A DNA stretch of 64,000 nt from Blastocatellia bacterium (GTDB lineage: Bacteria > Acidobacteriota > Blastocatellia > UBA7656), in NCBI GenBank assembly GCA_963765495.1, contig CAVXWP010000005.1:128001-192000 (forward strand), given 5' to 3'. The notes below the pieces were generated by a model. It saw nothing but the letters and a program-made list of their open reading frames with translations. It was not told the DNA's origin and made no database searches. This document shows, one piece after another, positions 51,334-62,292 of the stretch. Position 1 is the first letter of the stretch, and each line of letters starts with the position of its first letter. The position numbers and the translations under genes were made by a program.

Positions 51334-53376
51334 ATGAAACATGAAGATCGAGTAGAGCCTGGTTTGCCGACCAAAAAACAGATGGGTCTGACGCGACGTC
51401 AGATGCTTAAGACCTTTGGCGCAGGTGCAGTGGCTGCCGCAATCGGCGCGACCCTCACCGAAGAGCGCGCCTCATCCGTCGCACACGCCGACGTCGAGGC
51501 GTCCACTCTTGGAGGGATAAAACAGGCCGTACCCTCGCGTGCGTCGGCATTTGCCCTGGCCGATGTGCGGCTCCTTGAAGGGCCGTTTCTACGAGCGCAG
51601 CAACGCGACGCGGCATATCTGCTGCGGCTTGAGCCCGACCGCCTCCTGCACAACTTCCGGGTCAACGCCGGTCTGAAGCCGAAAGCGCCGGTGTACGGCG
51701 GTTGGGAATCGGTAGAGCCCTGGGTCGCTATACGCTGCCACGGACACACGCTGGGGCATTATCTGTCGGCCTGCTCGCTCATGTTCGCGGCGACCGACGA
51801 CCGAAGATTTAAGCGGCGCGCGGACTACATAGTCGCGGAGTTGCGAGAATGTCAGGATGCAGGCAAAGACGGACTGGTCTGCGCCTTCCCTGATGGCGCG
51901 GCGCCATTAAACGATATCTTGAACGCGACTCGTTTCGTGGGCGTACCGTGGTACACCATGCACAAGATATTTGCGGGGCTACGCGACGCCCATATCCAGA
52001 CCGATAACCATATTGCATTGGACATACTCGTCAAGCTGTCGGACTGGGCCGTTCGGCACACTCGGAATCTCTCGGACCAACAGTTTCAGCGAATGCTCGA
52101 CACGGAGCATGGCGGGATGAATGAGGTGCTGGCAGATGTCTATGCCCTGACGGGGGAAACCAGATTCCTTACGCTCGCCGAGCGGTTCTGCCATCGCGCG
52201 CTGTTAGACCCGCTCGCTCAGACGCGCGACACGCTTGACGGCCTTCACTCCAACACGCAAATCCCGAAGGTCATAGGGTTCAACCGGCTCTACGAATTGA
52301 CCGGGCAGGCGAACTACTCGACGGCGGCGCGCTTCTTCTGGCGCACGGTCGTAGATAACCGCACGTTCGCCACCGGCGGCAACGGGGACGGCGAACACTT
52401 CTTCCCGCCCGCAGACTTCACGCGCCACCTCGGTTCGGCTAAGACGATGGAGACCTGTTGTACTCACAACATGCTGAAGCTGACCAGAAGTCTCTTCGCA
52501 CTCGATCCTTTGGCGGCCTACGCCGATTACTACGAGCGCGCCCTCTACAACAGCATTCTCGCTTCGCAAGACCCGGACTCGGGGATGATGACCTACTTCC
52601 AACCGACCCGCCCCGGGTATCTGAAACTTTACTGCACTCCGACCGACTCATTCTGGTGCTGCACGGGTTCAGGGATGGAGAACCACGCCAAGTACGGTGA
52701 CTCTATCTACTTCCGCGGAGCCGATGCGCTTTACATCAACCTGTTTGTCCCGTCCACCCTGATTTGGAAGGAGAAGGGACTAAGGGTCGCCCAGACGACC
52801 AGATTCCCCGAGCAGGAAAGAACGCGGCTGCGACTGACACTTCAAAGACCGTTGAATCTGACTCTCAACGTCCGCCATCCCTCCTGGTGCGAGGCTGCTA
52901 CGATCCTCGTCAACGGGCACCGCCATACAACATCCCGCCAGCCGGGAGGATACATCGCTGTGAACCGCGTGTGGCACTCCGGAGATACGGTCGAAGTGCG
53001 CCTGCCGATGGCGCTTCGGACGGAACCGCTGCCCGGACAACCGGACGTGGTCGCAATCTTGTACGGTCCTATCGTCCTCGCGGGCAGACTTGGACGGGAA
53101 GGAATTGCGCCGGGGGCCGACATCATCGTCAACGAGCGCACCTACGGCGACGTGCTGAATACGAAAGTGGAGGTGCCGGTGCTGGTAGGTGAACCACGAG
53201 AGGTCGTCAGGCAGATCGGGCCGGTCCCGGGAACGGCATTGACATTCCAGACGAGCGGAATCGGGCATCCACGCGACGTGAGCCTCATCCCTTATTACCG
53301 CATCGCGCACGAGCGATACAACCTCTATTGGAAGGTGGTCAGACGCGCAGACACAGAAAAAAAAGAGACTCGATAG
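51334..53376 (+). CDS. Tat-exported beta-L-arabinofuranosidase-like glycosidase (GH127/GH146)
   Basis: TRRQMLK Tat motif; GHTLGHYLSA, EHGGMNE, HSNTQIPK, ETCCTHNM, FWCCTGSG. Confidence 0.88.
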   Translation: MKHEDRVEPGLPTKKQMGLTRRQMLKTFGAGAVAAAIGATLTEERASSVAHADVEASTLGGIKQAVPSRASAFALADVRLLEGPFLRAQQRDAAYLLRLEPDRLLHNFRVNAGLKPKAPVYGGWESVEPWVAIRCHGHTLGHYLSACSLMFAATDDRRFKRRADYIVAELRECQDAGKDGLVCAFPDGAAPLNDILNATRFVGVPWYTMHKIFAGLRDAHIQTDNHIALDILVKLSDWAVRHTRNLSDQQFQRMLDTEHGGMNEVLADVYALTGETRFLTLAERFCHRALLDPLAQTRDTLDGLHSNTQIPKVIGFNRLYELTGQANYSTAARFFWRTVVDNRTFATGGNGDGEHFFPPADFTRHLGSAKTMETCCTHNMLKLTRSLFALDPLAAYADYYERALYNSILASQDPDSGMMTYFQPTRPGYLKLYCTPTDSFWCCTGSGMENHAKYGDSIYFRGADALYINLFVPSTLIWKEKGLRVAQTTRFPEQERTRLRLTLQRPLNLTLNVRHPSWCEAATILVNGHRHTTSRQPGGYIAVNRVWHSGDTVEVRLPMALRTEPLPGQPDVVAILYGPIVLAGRLGREGIAPGADIIVNERTYGDVLNTKVEVPVLVGEPREVVRQIGPVPGTALTFQTSGIGHPRDVSLIPYYRIAHERYNLYWKVVRRADTEKKETR

Positions 53377-53380
53377 TGAG

Positions 53381-53940
53381 ATGTGGATGAAGAGAATCTT
53401 AAGACGCGTGATGTTGCTGGGGCTTCTCGTTCTTTCGAGTGTCGTCTCGCAAGCACGACCCGCGCAGCACGCTACCTGGAAGGCCGATAACGGCAACGGC
53501 ACGTTTACCAACCCTCTTTTTTACGAGGAGTTTTCAGACCCCGACATGAGATTGTCCGCGCCCCGATACCTTACGGCAAGCAGGTGCGTTTGACATCGTT
53601 AAGTTCGAGTTCCGGCCTGGCTGCCCGGCCGCACGCATTGATCTCCGGCGTTCCGACTGCTTTCACCATCATCGGCATGAAATTGGGACGTGTAGCTCTC
53701 AAATCAGGCCGGGCGTATATCACCGTCAATCGCAAAGGACGCACCAGCTTAGAAGCGACCAGGCCAGGCCCGAAGCAGAGTTTTCAATGGATTGAGACGC
53801 CGACAGGTGAACTGGTGTTGATGTCGCTTGCATCGAATCGCTATCTGACGATTGATCCGCGGACGCAGGTGATAACAGCCGATAGCCCGGGGCCTGAATC
53901 TGATGGAAGTGACGGCACCCGGTTTGTCTGGTCGTTGGGG
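53381..53940 (+). pseudogene. GH43-like gene with its catalytic core deleted
   Basis: Signal peptide plus WKADNGNGTFTNPLFYEEFSDPDM, abrupt break near 53550, then a C-terminal module (FQWIETPTGELVLMSL...GTRFVW). Confidence 0.65.
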
Positions 53941-54160
53941 CTTTGCCCAAAAAGCCTATTAGTTGTAGCAGAGCCTTTAAGCAAAATACAAAATATTGTG
54001 CTTCGGGCCGACTTTTTTGGGGAAGCCTCATTGCGCTGATCCAACTGGTCCAACATCGCCTTCTCCAGTGCTCGAACCGTCGTGTGATTTCCGCGACGGA
54101 AGCATCTTTCGATCACTTCCAAATCCCGCATAGGGCTCTATGAGTCGGATATTTCGTCCT

Positions 54161-55033
54161 TCACCCGCGGAGGTTAATGAGTTTTGCAACCATTGCTGCG
54201 GGGCTTTGTGGATCTTCCATTCGGAGCAGTTTGTCCGTTCGGAGTTGGATCACTTCGGTCCATTCGGGATGTGGAAGAATATAGAACTGCTCTTTCTTAA
54301 TTGCATCGAAGACCACGTCAGCGACCTGGAGAGGCGGCATGCTTGCTTCGATGGCGGCCTTGAATGCGGCCAGACCGGCTTGCATTTCCGGGCTCAACGT
54401 TACCGGTTCGTTACGCAGCTCCGCGGGCCTGTTACGCTCGGTGTTGGCGATATTTGTCCGCACAAGCCCCGGGCAGAGAACCGATACATTGACAAGCGAT
54501 TTCCGTTGTTGAAGCGATAAGTACAGGCTTTCTGAGAGGGCTACCACCGCATGCTTGGTCACCGCGTAAGGAGCGGAGGCGCCACCGACGGTGAGCCCGG
54601 CGGTCGAGGACGTATTGATGATATGGCACTCCGTATTCTGTGCAAGCATTATCGGCGTGAACACCTTGACCCCATGGATCACACCCCATAAATTAACGCC
54701 GATTACCCACTCCCAATCGTTGCATGTTGCCTCCCAGGCGGCCCCACCGGCAGCGACCCCGGCGTTGTTGAACAACAAATGCACCTGGCCAAATGCATCA
54801 AGCGCCTGGCGAGCCAGCAGTTCGACGTCCCTCAGTTTCGAGACGTCCGTCCTTACACCAAGCACAGTTCCGCCCAGGGTTTTCAGTTCAGTTTCTGCCT
54901 TGGTGAGATTAGCTTCATCGATGTCGGCGAGGACTACTTTCATGCCCTCACTAATACACCGTTCGGCTATCCCGCGTCCGATGCCGCTCGCCGCACCAGT
55001 AATCACCGCGACTTTGCCTTTAAACTCTTTCAT
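54161..55033 (-). CDS. Short-chain dehydrogenase/reductase
   Basis: TGAASGIG, NNAG, YAVTK. Confidence 0.92.
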   Translation of the reverse strand: MKEFKGKVAVITGAASGIGRGIAERCISEGMKVVLADIDEANLTKAETELKTLGGTVLGVRTDVSKLRDVELLARQALDAFGQVHLLFNNAGVAAGGAAWEATCNDWEWVIGVNLWGVIHGVKVFTPIMLAQNTECHIINTSSTAGLTVGGASAPYAVTKHAVVALSESLYLSLQQRKSLVNVSVLCPGLVRTNIANTERNRPAELRNEPVTLSPEMQAGLAAFKAAIEASMPPLQVADVVFDAIKKEQFYILPHPEWTEVIQLRTDKLLRMEDPQSPAAMVAKLINLRG

Positions 55034-55585
55034 CGTGTCCTCCCGTGGATATTGCAATTTACGCTAATGTCCTGTGTTCTGAGTCAGATATTCGTTTAGA
55101 AAATCTCGCGACTTTGCCCAGGATTAGATGGGTGTCCGCGTGTCATACATATGAAGGACATACCACAAGTAAATATATGAGTTTGGGGTCAGATCAGTAA
55201 ACAATGAAACTCGTACTGGCATTTCTTTTTCAATCCTCTTTGCATAGGAACAAATATGGGGTCACTAAATCAAGCTCAACTGATTACCAAGACTGTATCA
55301 CAATCAAATCAATATTCAATGTGGGGTTAAATGTGGGGTCACACAGTAAAGGCCACCTTATGAGTGGCCGTCAGCAATTCTCAATACGAAGAATGAGTTT
55401 TTCGGTGTAATCTTGCTGAATGGCAAAAACTTATGCGCAACTTCAACAAGGTCTGACATTTGACGAACTAATGCTCTTTCTCGACGATCAATTTTGATTG
55501 TTGCCCGATCACCGTTCGGGTAATGCCGTCCGTTACTGTCTGCCCGATGTGCTCAAAAGCGCCTTTGCTATATTTCTTGAATGAG

Positions 55586-56175
55586 GGCTTTGTTGCGCAA
55601 TTCGAGGTAAAAACACACTTCACCTCAACTTTGCCTGCTTTTAGATTGCAATCGTGTCGGGCATCCCTAGCTCGCTCATTCGATTCATCACCATGCACTT
55701 GATCCTTGCCTCCGTTACTTGCGTCTCCACCTTTCTACTGCTCATCCTCTCTCCCAATACCCCCTTTATCCTTCCCATCTGCGTCTCTACTAAACTCCTC
55801 TTATGATATCCGCTCTCTGCCTTCCATCCCTTCTCTCCTAGTTTTGCCTTCCCCTTCACTGCTTCATTTCTATCCCCAAGATAATAGACATTTCTCTCTA
55901 CTGCTCCTTCTCTGGGCGGGATCACTGCCCTTGCTTTCTTCTTCCAGATTGCCGTATAACACTTATCCGCATCATAGGCCCCATCCCCATATATTCTCTC
56001 TACTTCTCCTTCTGTTGCTTCTACAAGCACAGGCATCACTCGTGGGTCCACCACTGCTTTATCGGTCAACTCTACTGCTGTTATCTCCCAGGTTTCAGTA
56101 TCCACGGCTATGTGTAACTTCCTCCAAGTCCGCCGTTTGCCTTTACCGTGTGTTCTGACTTTCCACTCTCCTTCT
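55586..56175 (-). mobile_element. IS5-family (IS903-like) element remnant: 3' part of the transposase plus one end
   Basis: GEGEWKVRTHG...WRKLH, GDGAYD, SGYHKRSLVE; end GGCTTTGTTG at 55586 resembles the IS903 TIR; 5' part missing. Confidence 0.85.
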
Positions 56176-58511
56176 CCCTGAAGGATGGACACATATTATA
56201 AAGCAGCCTCCAAGTTGAGTTTCGTTTCAGGAGAAAGATGCTCAAACAAGCTTTTATCCAGTTTGAGCAAACTCACCATTGCACTCACCACACTCAATTC
56301 CCACCTCCCTTTCCGTCTTCTCGCTACTCGCCTCAGCAACTCTTTGGCTCCTTTTATCCCTCTCACTATCAACTTCATTGCTAGCACTGCTACTACCATC
56401 ATCGCTATCGCAAACAGCGCAAACATTCTACTCCACGCCTTCACATCCTCTATTCGCGCTTCGGAAAATCCCATCTCCCATTTCACATCTCTAAATCCCT
56501 GCTCGCAGCAGAAGCGTCTGCTGTATTCTTTTGCTGCCTGCTTTGCGCTGTAGGAGTTGTTGCTTATCAGATACCATACCTCCCACTTTCCTTCCTTGTT
56601 TCTGGCTCGACTCATACTCACATACAGCTTGTGTTGAGAACTCTCACTGTAATAGCAGCGCCCAAAATTCCGCCCTCGCGCATTGCCTGAAAATCTCATT
56701 CGCTTGAGATTTTGCCATTCGCCTGCAAGGTAGATTTTCGTGCTCGCCTTGACTCGGATAATGTAGGTAACTCTCAACTCTTCAAACAATTGCGCCAAAT
56801 CCACGTCTGCAAACCAGCGATCTGCCGTGACAATCAGGCGACGATGGCCAATGCGGTTAGTAAATCTGGAGATGACGCGCTTGATTACAGCAACTTCGTA
56901 GCGGCGCATACGCCCCTTAAGCACGCTCTGCGAGTAAGCCCGCCAATAAATGGGCAAGGCTCGTGGGCCAGTAACAAGGGAAACGACAAGCAAGTGATGA
57001 TCGCCTTCAATAGTCCAATCAATTGCCAGGCGGAGTTTGCCGCTTGCAGGCAACTGAGACAAAGCTTGAAGCAGAACAGCCTCAGCCATGTCATCGGGCT
57101 TAATGCGCTGGTTATGAATCAGGCGAGAAAGGCGTTTAACAGCAGCCTCTTGAGAGCCGAAACAACGAGCGAGTTGAGCTTGATTGGCAGTTTGATTATC
57201 AATGATGGCAGCGACGAAATCGCAAATCCCATTAAGTTGATGGCCATGCGCCCAAGGAAGCAGCGCAGTGATATAATCACGCAAACGAGTAGCAGAAGAT
57301 TGATCTTTTTTCACAAAACAAATCTTCCACAGGTTTATACCTTGTTGCTACTCGTTCAATTACTAAATGATGTTACGCAGTAAGAGACTGCGGGTTGAGC
57401 TTGACAAGTTCTCTATAAGCCGTCTGCAAGGCAGACATATAGATCTTTGACTTCAATGCGAAATGGTTGACGCCGGTTTTTATCTTCATTCCTTCGAGCT
57501 TCACATATGCACATAGACTCGCAAAGAAATGATTCCTCTGCGTTGTCTCGGTTCGTGTTGGAGATTTCTCCAACGAGGCATTCTGCTTGAGTGATTTGTG
57601 ATATCCCTCTATCTTAAACCGTCTTTGGTAGAGTGAGGTCATTCGGTCATAGTTAAGCGCCAAATCACTGCTTACCAGATAGAGCACTCCTTTACTTCCG
57701 TCCTCGTTTGTGAAGACCTGTTTGGCTAGAAGCAGTGGGACAGGCACATCTTCGAGCCAAATCAATTGGGTTAGACCTTCTGGCAATGAGAGCGTTGAGA
57801 CTGCCTTGTAATGACCCTGTTGTTTCTCTTCTTCACTCAAGGCTACTTTACGATTGGCTTTAACCGGCATGACAAAATCTTTCTTCAAGTCGAGATGGAT
57901 GAAGTTCATATTGTCGGCTGACGAATACCACGAATCGCTGAGCACATAGCGAAACTTGATCTGGTTATGCACGACTATCTGTAGCAGCATTCTATATCGC
58001 TCGTTCTTAGTGAGTTGGCTACGACGCTTCTGTTTCCCAGTCTTTGCATCAATATAGAATTCAGTCTTAGTGACAAGATCGAAGCCCACGGGCAAGCCGA
58101 TTTCTTCGGTTGAGTAGAAAGCTGTCAGGAAGTTGATTCCTTTGACGTGACGCTCACGAGAGTGATCCCAATGCCAACAAATGAGATCATTTTCGTCCGT
58201 GTAGGGCTTCTCTTCAATGCTATCATCAAGGATCATCACACCATCCTCGTTTTCGACCTGGCGAATAGTGGGTTTAACAATAGGCCACAACTGGGCGGAG
58301 GATTTGGCCGGAGAAGCAAGAAATCTGGTCACCTGATCATGGCTAACTTCTCCGTCCAACAACTGAGAAAGCCCAGTGGCTGTAGTCGGCCCAAAAGAGC
58401 TAATCAAGTAATCGGTGTAGAGATCCAAAAGTGACTTGTTCATTTGTCAAGTTTAACATCGGCCCTCTTTACCGCGTAACATCAGTTACTAAATGTGTCC
58501 ATCCTTCAGGG
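56176..58511 (-). mobile_element. IS4-like DDE element (transposase 56196-57314) carrying a nested IS
   Basis: Perfect 19-bp TIRs CCCTGAAGGATGGACACAT at 56176-56194 and 58493-58511; AIDWT, ADRWF, YSRRFCCEQGFRDVK. Confidence 0.85.
57367..58485 (-). mobile_element. IS701-like element (transposase 57373-58443)
   Basis: TIRs (A/C)TGATGTTACGC(A/G)GTAA; 7-bp TSD TTACTAA at 57360-57366 and 58486-58492; SHDQVTRFL, LDDS, SDSWY, IEGYHKSLKQ. Confidence 0.85.
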
Positions 58512-59342
58512 TCAAAGCCCATACTTGCTTACTTCAAGAACAAGCGTATGCGCGACATCACGAATCTCAACGTGCGGGCCTATCGCAAGGAACGCCGCGC
58601 CCGTTCCAACGGGCGCGGCGGGCTGCGCGCCCCCGCGTCTGTAGATCGTGAGATTCAGCTACTCTCGCGCATCTTCTCGCTTGCGGTCGAGCGCAATCTG
58701 TTACAGGCCAATCCGTGCAAGGGCATCAAACTCGCCAATCCCGGCAATATCGTCATCAAATACCTGACCGTAGAGGATGAAGAGAAGCTGAGACCGTTCC
58801 TCACAGGCCGGCGCAAGCATCTGCTGGACATTCTCGAAATAGACCTGCACACCGGGATGCGGCGCACGGAGTTTTTGTCGCTGCACGTCTCGCAGATCAA
58901 TTTCATTCGTGATGAAATCCTTCTGACGAAGACCAAGAGCGGCAAGCCGCGCCTGGTGCCGATCCATCCAAACATCCGGCCACTGCTGCAACGGCTCTGC
59001 AATGAAGCCGGGCCGAACGGCTACCTGTTTGAGAATCCGAAGACAGGCAAGCCAATCGCCAGTATCAAACCGGCGTGGGAATGTGCGTTGCGCAAAGCGG
59101 GCATTCCTCACATTCCTTTTCACTGTGCAGGCCGTCACACGTTTGGCACACGCGCAGCGGAAGGCGGAGCAAGCCCAACTGATATTCAGGAGATCATGGG
59201 CCATGCCAGCGTCACCACGACGATGCGATATGTCCATGCGACTGACCAGGGCAAGCGGCGAACGGTTGATGCCGTTGTGAGAGTGACGGAACGGGCAAAG
59301 AGTGGCGGAAATGTGGCGGAAGTAAAAAAGGCAACCCGCTAG
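58512..59342 (+). pseudogene. Tyrosine integrase, 5'-truncated at the IS end
   Basis: HTGMRRTE, KTKSGK, FHCAGRHTFG, MGH...TMRY; the reading frame runs into the IS TIR. Confidence 0.85.
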
Positions 59343-59367
59343 GCTGCCCGTATGTTATTGAATCTAA

Positions 59368-59417
59368 AGTAGCGGCGGAAGGACTTGAACCTTCGACCTT
59401 GGGGTTATGAATCCCGA
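59368..59417 (-). other. 3' half of a tRNA-Met(CAT), probable integrase att core
   Basis: Reverse complement TCGGGATT-CAT-AACCCCAAGGTCGAAGGTTCAAGTCCTTCCGCCGCTACT; D-arm and 5' acceptor strand absent. Confidence 0.75.
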
Positions 59418-59614
59418 TATTTCGCCTTCTTTCCTGTTCTATCTATCCCTATAACCTTCTATTTACTACGGTTTGCAGCCAGCCTCGTAGTAGTGGATTT
59501 CGATAGATTTCTATGACTTTCTATAAAGGTTTGCCACAAATATGCCACACGCTTTCTCGATCTAAGTTTCGGCACGCCACATAATAGGCGGTTGTGATCT
59601 TTGAAGGTTGAAGT

Positions 59615-60007
59615 ATGAAACGAGAAAAAGATACTACCCAAAGCCACGAGGCGAAGATGAGGCACGAATCAAATTCGGTGAAAATCACACCTAAGACTGA
59701 TCTTCTGCCGGGGCACTTACTGGCCCAGCGCATCAAATGCGGGCGACCTAATTGCCGATGTGCGAGGGGGCAACTTCACGGTCCCTACTACTACCGCTGT
59801 TGGACACAGAACGGGCAAAGGCGGAAGGTCTATGTGCGTAAGCGTGATGTCTCAGCGGTCAGGGCCGCTTGTGATGCCTATCGCTCCGAGAGAAAGCTTC
59901 TCCGACTTGAACGACAGGTCGTTACTCAACAGATCCGCCGCTTACTCGGCCCTATAGGCCAGCACGAGGAATTGGTCAAAGCAATTCTAAGGGGGATGGA
60001 GTTATGA
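59615..60007 (+). CDS. DUF6788-like Cys/His small protein
   Basis: KCGRPNCRCARGQLHGPYYY...GQRRKVYV. Confidence 0.75.
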   Translation: MKREKDTTQSHEAKMRHESNSVKITPKTDLLPGHLLAQRIKCGRPNCRCARGQLHGPYYYRCWTQNGQRRKVYVRKRDVSAVRAACDAYRSERKLLRLERQVVTQQIRRLLGPIGQHEELVKAILRGMEL

Positions 60008-62292
60008 GTGCAGCAAAGAAGATCGTTAGAGAGCGGCCTACTATAACAGAGGCTTCGACCACGGGCGCGCTCACGCCTATAAAGAAGTCTGACAAGGGAC
60101 CAGTAGCAGTTGACATTAACTCTCTCGCTGCAACTGCCGTTGGACTAGTGGAGCCTTTCAAAAGTATTCCACCTTGCTAAACCGTCAGCGGTCGCCCCTT
60201 GTAAGTCCACTTGAACGGTTTCGCCAGTGTCTGATTGAAGTAGTCGATGAACTCCAGAATTCTCTGGCGCAGTTCGTCGGTTGATTTGAACGAGGCGCGT
60301 TTGAGTAGACGACGTACCAGAATGCTGAACCACATCTCAATCTGATTGAGCCACGAGCAATGCTTCGGCGTGTAAACAAACCGAATGCGGTGTTGGCTGC
60401 GACTCAGAAACTCGGCGCGACTGCTCATTGACTTCAGGATTCCGGATTTGCCTTTCTCGCCCAGATCATCTGGGTAACCGATCTGGGCGGCGACCCAGGC
60501 GACCAGTGATTCCGATTGATGGGTGTTGAGTTGATCAGAGATAAATATCCATTGATCATTGGGAGCCGTGGCAACGGTCTGGGCGATATGGGCGACGAAG
60601 TCGGCTTCCGTCCGCGTCGCACCCAGACTGGGCGCAAGTGGTTTTCCGGTCGCCACCTCGAAGTTGGCGATCAAGCATTGTGTGCCATGCCGAATGTATT
60701 CGTACTCCTGGCGCTCGATCTGGCCAGCCTGATCGGCCAAGCCGGGCTGCATCAGCTTTGTCGGTGCGGCGCGTTCCAGCGCCTGAATGCCAGTCTTTTC
60801 GTCCGTGCTCATCAGATGAATGCCTTGTTCGTGCAGTCGCGGCGCTTGCTCGTAAAGATCGCACACGGTTTTGACTTGTTCGCCGAACGCTTCCGAGTCA
60901 CGCTCTGGGGCGTTAAGCCAGTATTCACTCCGATGCGGTTTTAAATCGGTCTGATTTTAAAAAACGCCCGACACTCGACGCCGAGATGCTTGCAACGATC
61001 TGGCGTTTGACGACTTCATCGGCTAACTCCGACGGCGTCCAATGACTGATCGGGCGGGCACTTTTAGCTGTCGCTTCACAGGCGACGGCGACGATCTGCA
61101 CGATCTGTTCGGCGGTGAAGGTCGGCGGCGTTCCACGACGCGGCAGATCGCTTAGGCTGGCGACGATCAGTTCGCGCATCTGCTTGTCGCTTTGGTTGGC
61201 GACTTCGGCCTGCTGTAGTTTGGGCAGCAGAGCAAGCCAGCGATTGCGCCACTTACGTACCACGGCGCGATCCATTTGGTGCTGACGGGCGAGTTCGTTA
61301 TTACCGACGCCAGTGGCCATCGCCAACATCATCAAGGCACGAACGACCAGCCGGTATTCTGTGCTGCGTTGCCTGGCGATTTCTTCAACTATCTTTCGCG
61401 ATCTCTCTGAGAGATCAATCTTCGGGGAAGTTTGGTTTGGCATCTGTCGCTCCCAGCCCTTGATGTAGATTGCTTCAGATGCTGATTCTACCATTCAAAG
61501 AACAAGGTGGAGAATTTCAGAAAGGCTCCACTAGGCTTCGACTCTGTTGTGCGCGAGATGCGGAAAGGCTGGGCGCGTCGAGTCCTTTTCCTCATCGAAA
61601 ATGAGCATCTGGAACCGGCTGAGGCGGTCAGGATAGCCGGTCAGGGTGATATGCCGACCGACGAATTGATAGAGGAGCTAAAGCGGCGTAACGTCGAATC
61701 TATCTCGTGGGGGAATCTTTCGACCATCTATGCGCGCGACCCTGACGCTGCCGAGGAGCTTTGGACGGAGATGCAGGAGCAGGCCCGTCAGGAACTTGAT
61801 AGCGGTCATCGTGCAGCCGAAGTATTCGAGTCAACCGAGTGGCAGCAGGAACCGTGGAAGCGAGCCCAATACTTGGCTATCCGCGACGGGTTCATAGAAG
61901 TGTGGCAGCCGAGGGGCACGCTAGAGCGCACTATGATAGATATGCTCGCAGAGTCGTTCGTGATGTTTCAGCACTGGACCGGAGTACACTACTACCGCGC
62001 AACCAGTGAAGCGAAAGCGTTGCCGACGGAAAAGGAAATAAAATTCGCTAAGAAACACAAAGGAGAGTGGTGGCCTCCGCGTGTCTACGAACAGGAGGCT
62101 ATCGAGCAAGCGGCAGCGATGGCCGACAGGTTTAATCGGATATTTCTGCGGACGTTACGGAACTTGCGCGATCTTCGGCGATACACAGCGGCAGTTACGA
62201 TCAACAATCCTGAGCAAGTCAATATAGCCGCAGATGGGGGGCAGCAAGTAAATGTCCAGAAGAAGGCCAAGAACTGCGCAAACGTTAGATAG
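60004..62292 (+). pseudogene. 300-aa hypothetical protein interrupted by IS630
   Basis: 60004-60147 (MSAAKK...AVGL) joins in frame to 61534-62292 (GFDSVV...) once the IS and one TA copy are removed. Confidence 0.8.
60148..61531 (-). mobile_element. IS630-family element; transposase in two ORFs with a probable programmed frameshift
   Basis: TA duplication (60146-47, 61532-33); TIRs GTGGAGCCTTTC...CCACC; DEKTG, DQLNTH, SWLNQIE; TTTTTTAAAA near 60955-60964. Confidence 0.92.

Noticed and set aside
55468-55585. C-terminal fragment of a gene hit by the IS903-like element
   Set aside because: About 39 codons with no recognisable family; too short to call.
59368-59417. Functional tRNA-Met
   Set aside because: The 5' acceptor strand, D-arm and CCA are missing; treated as an att remnant.
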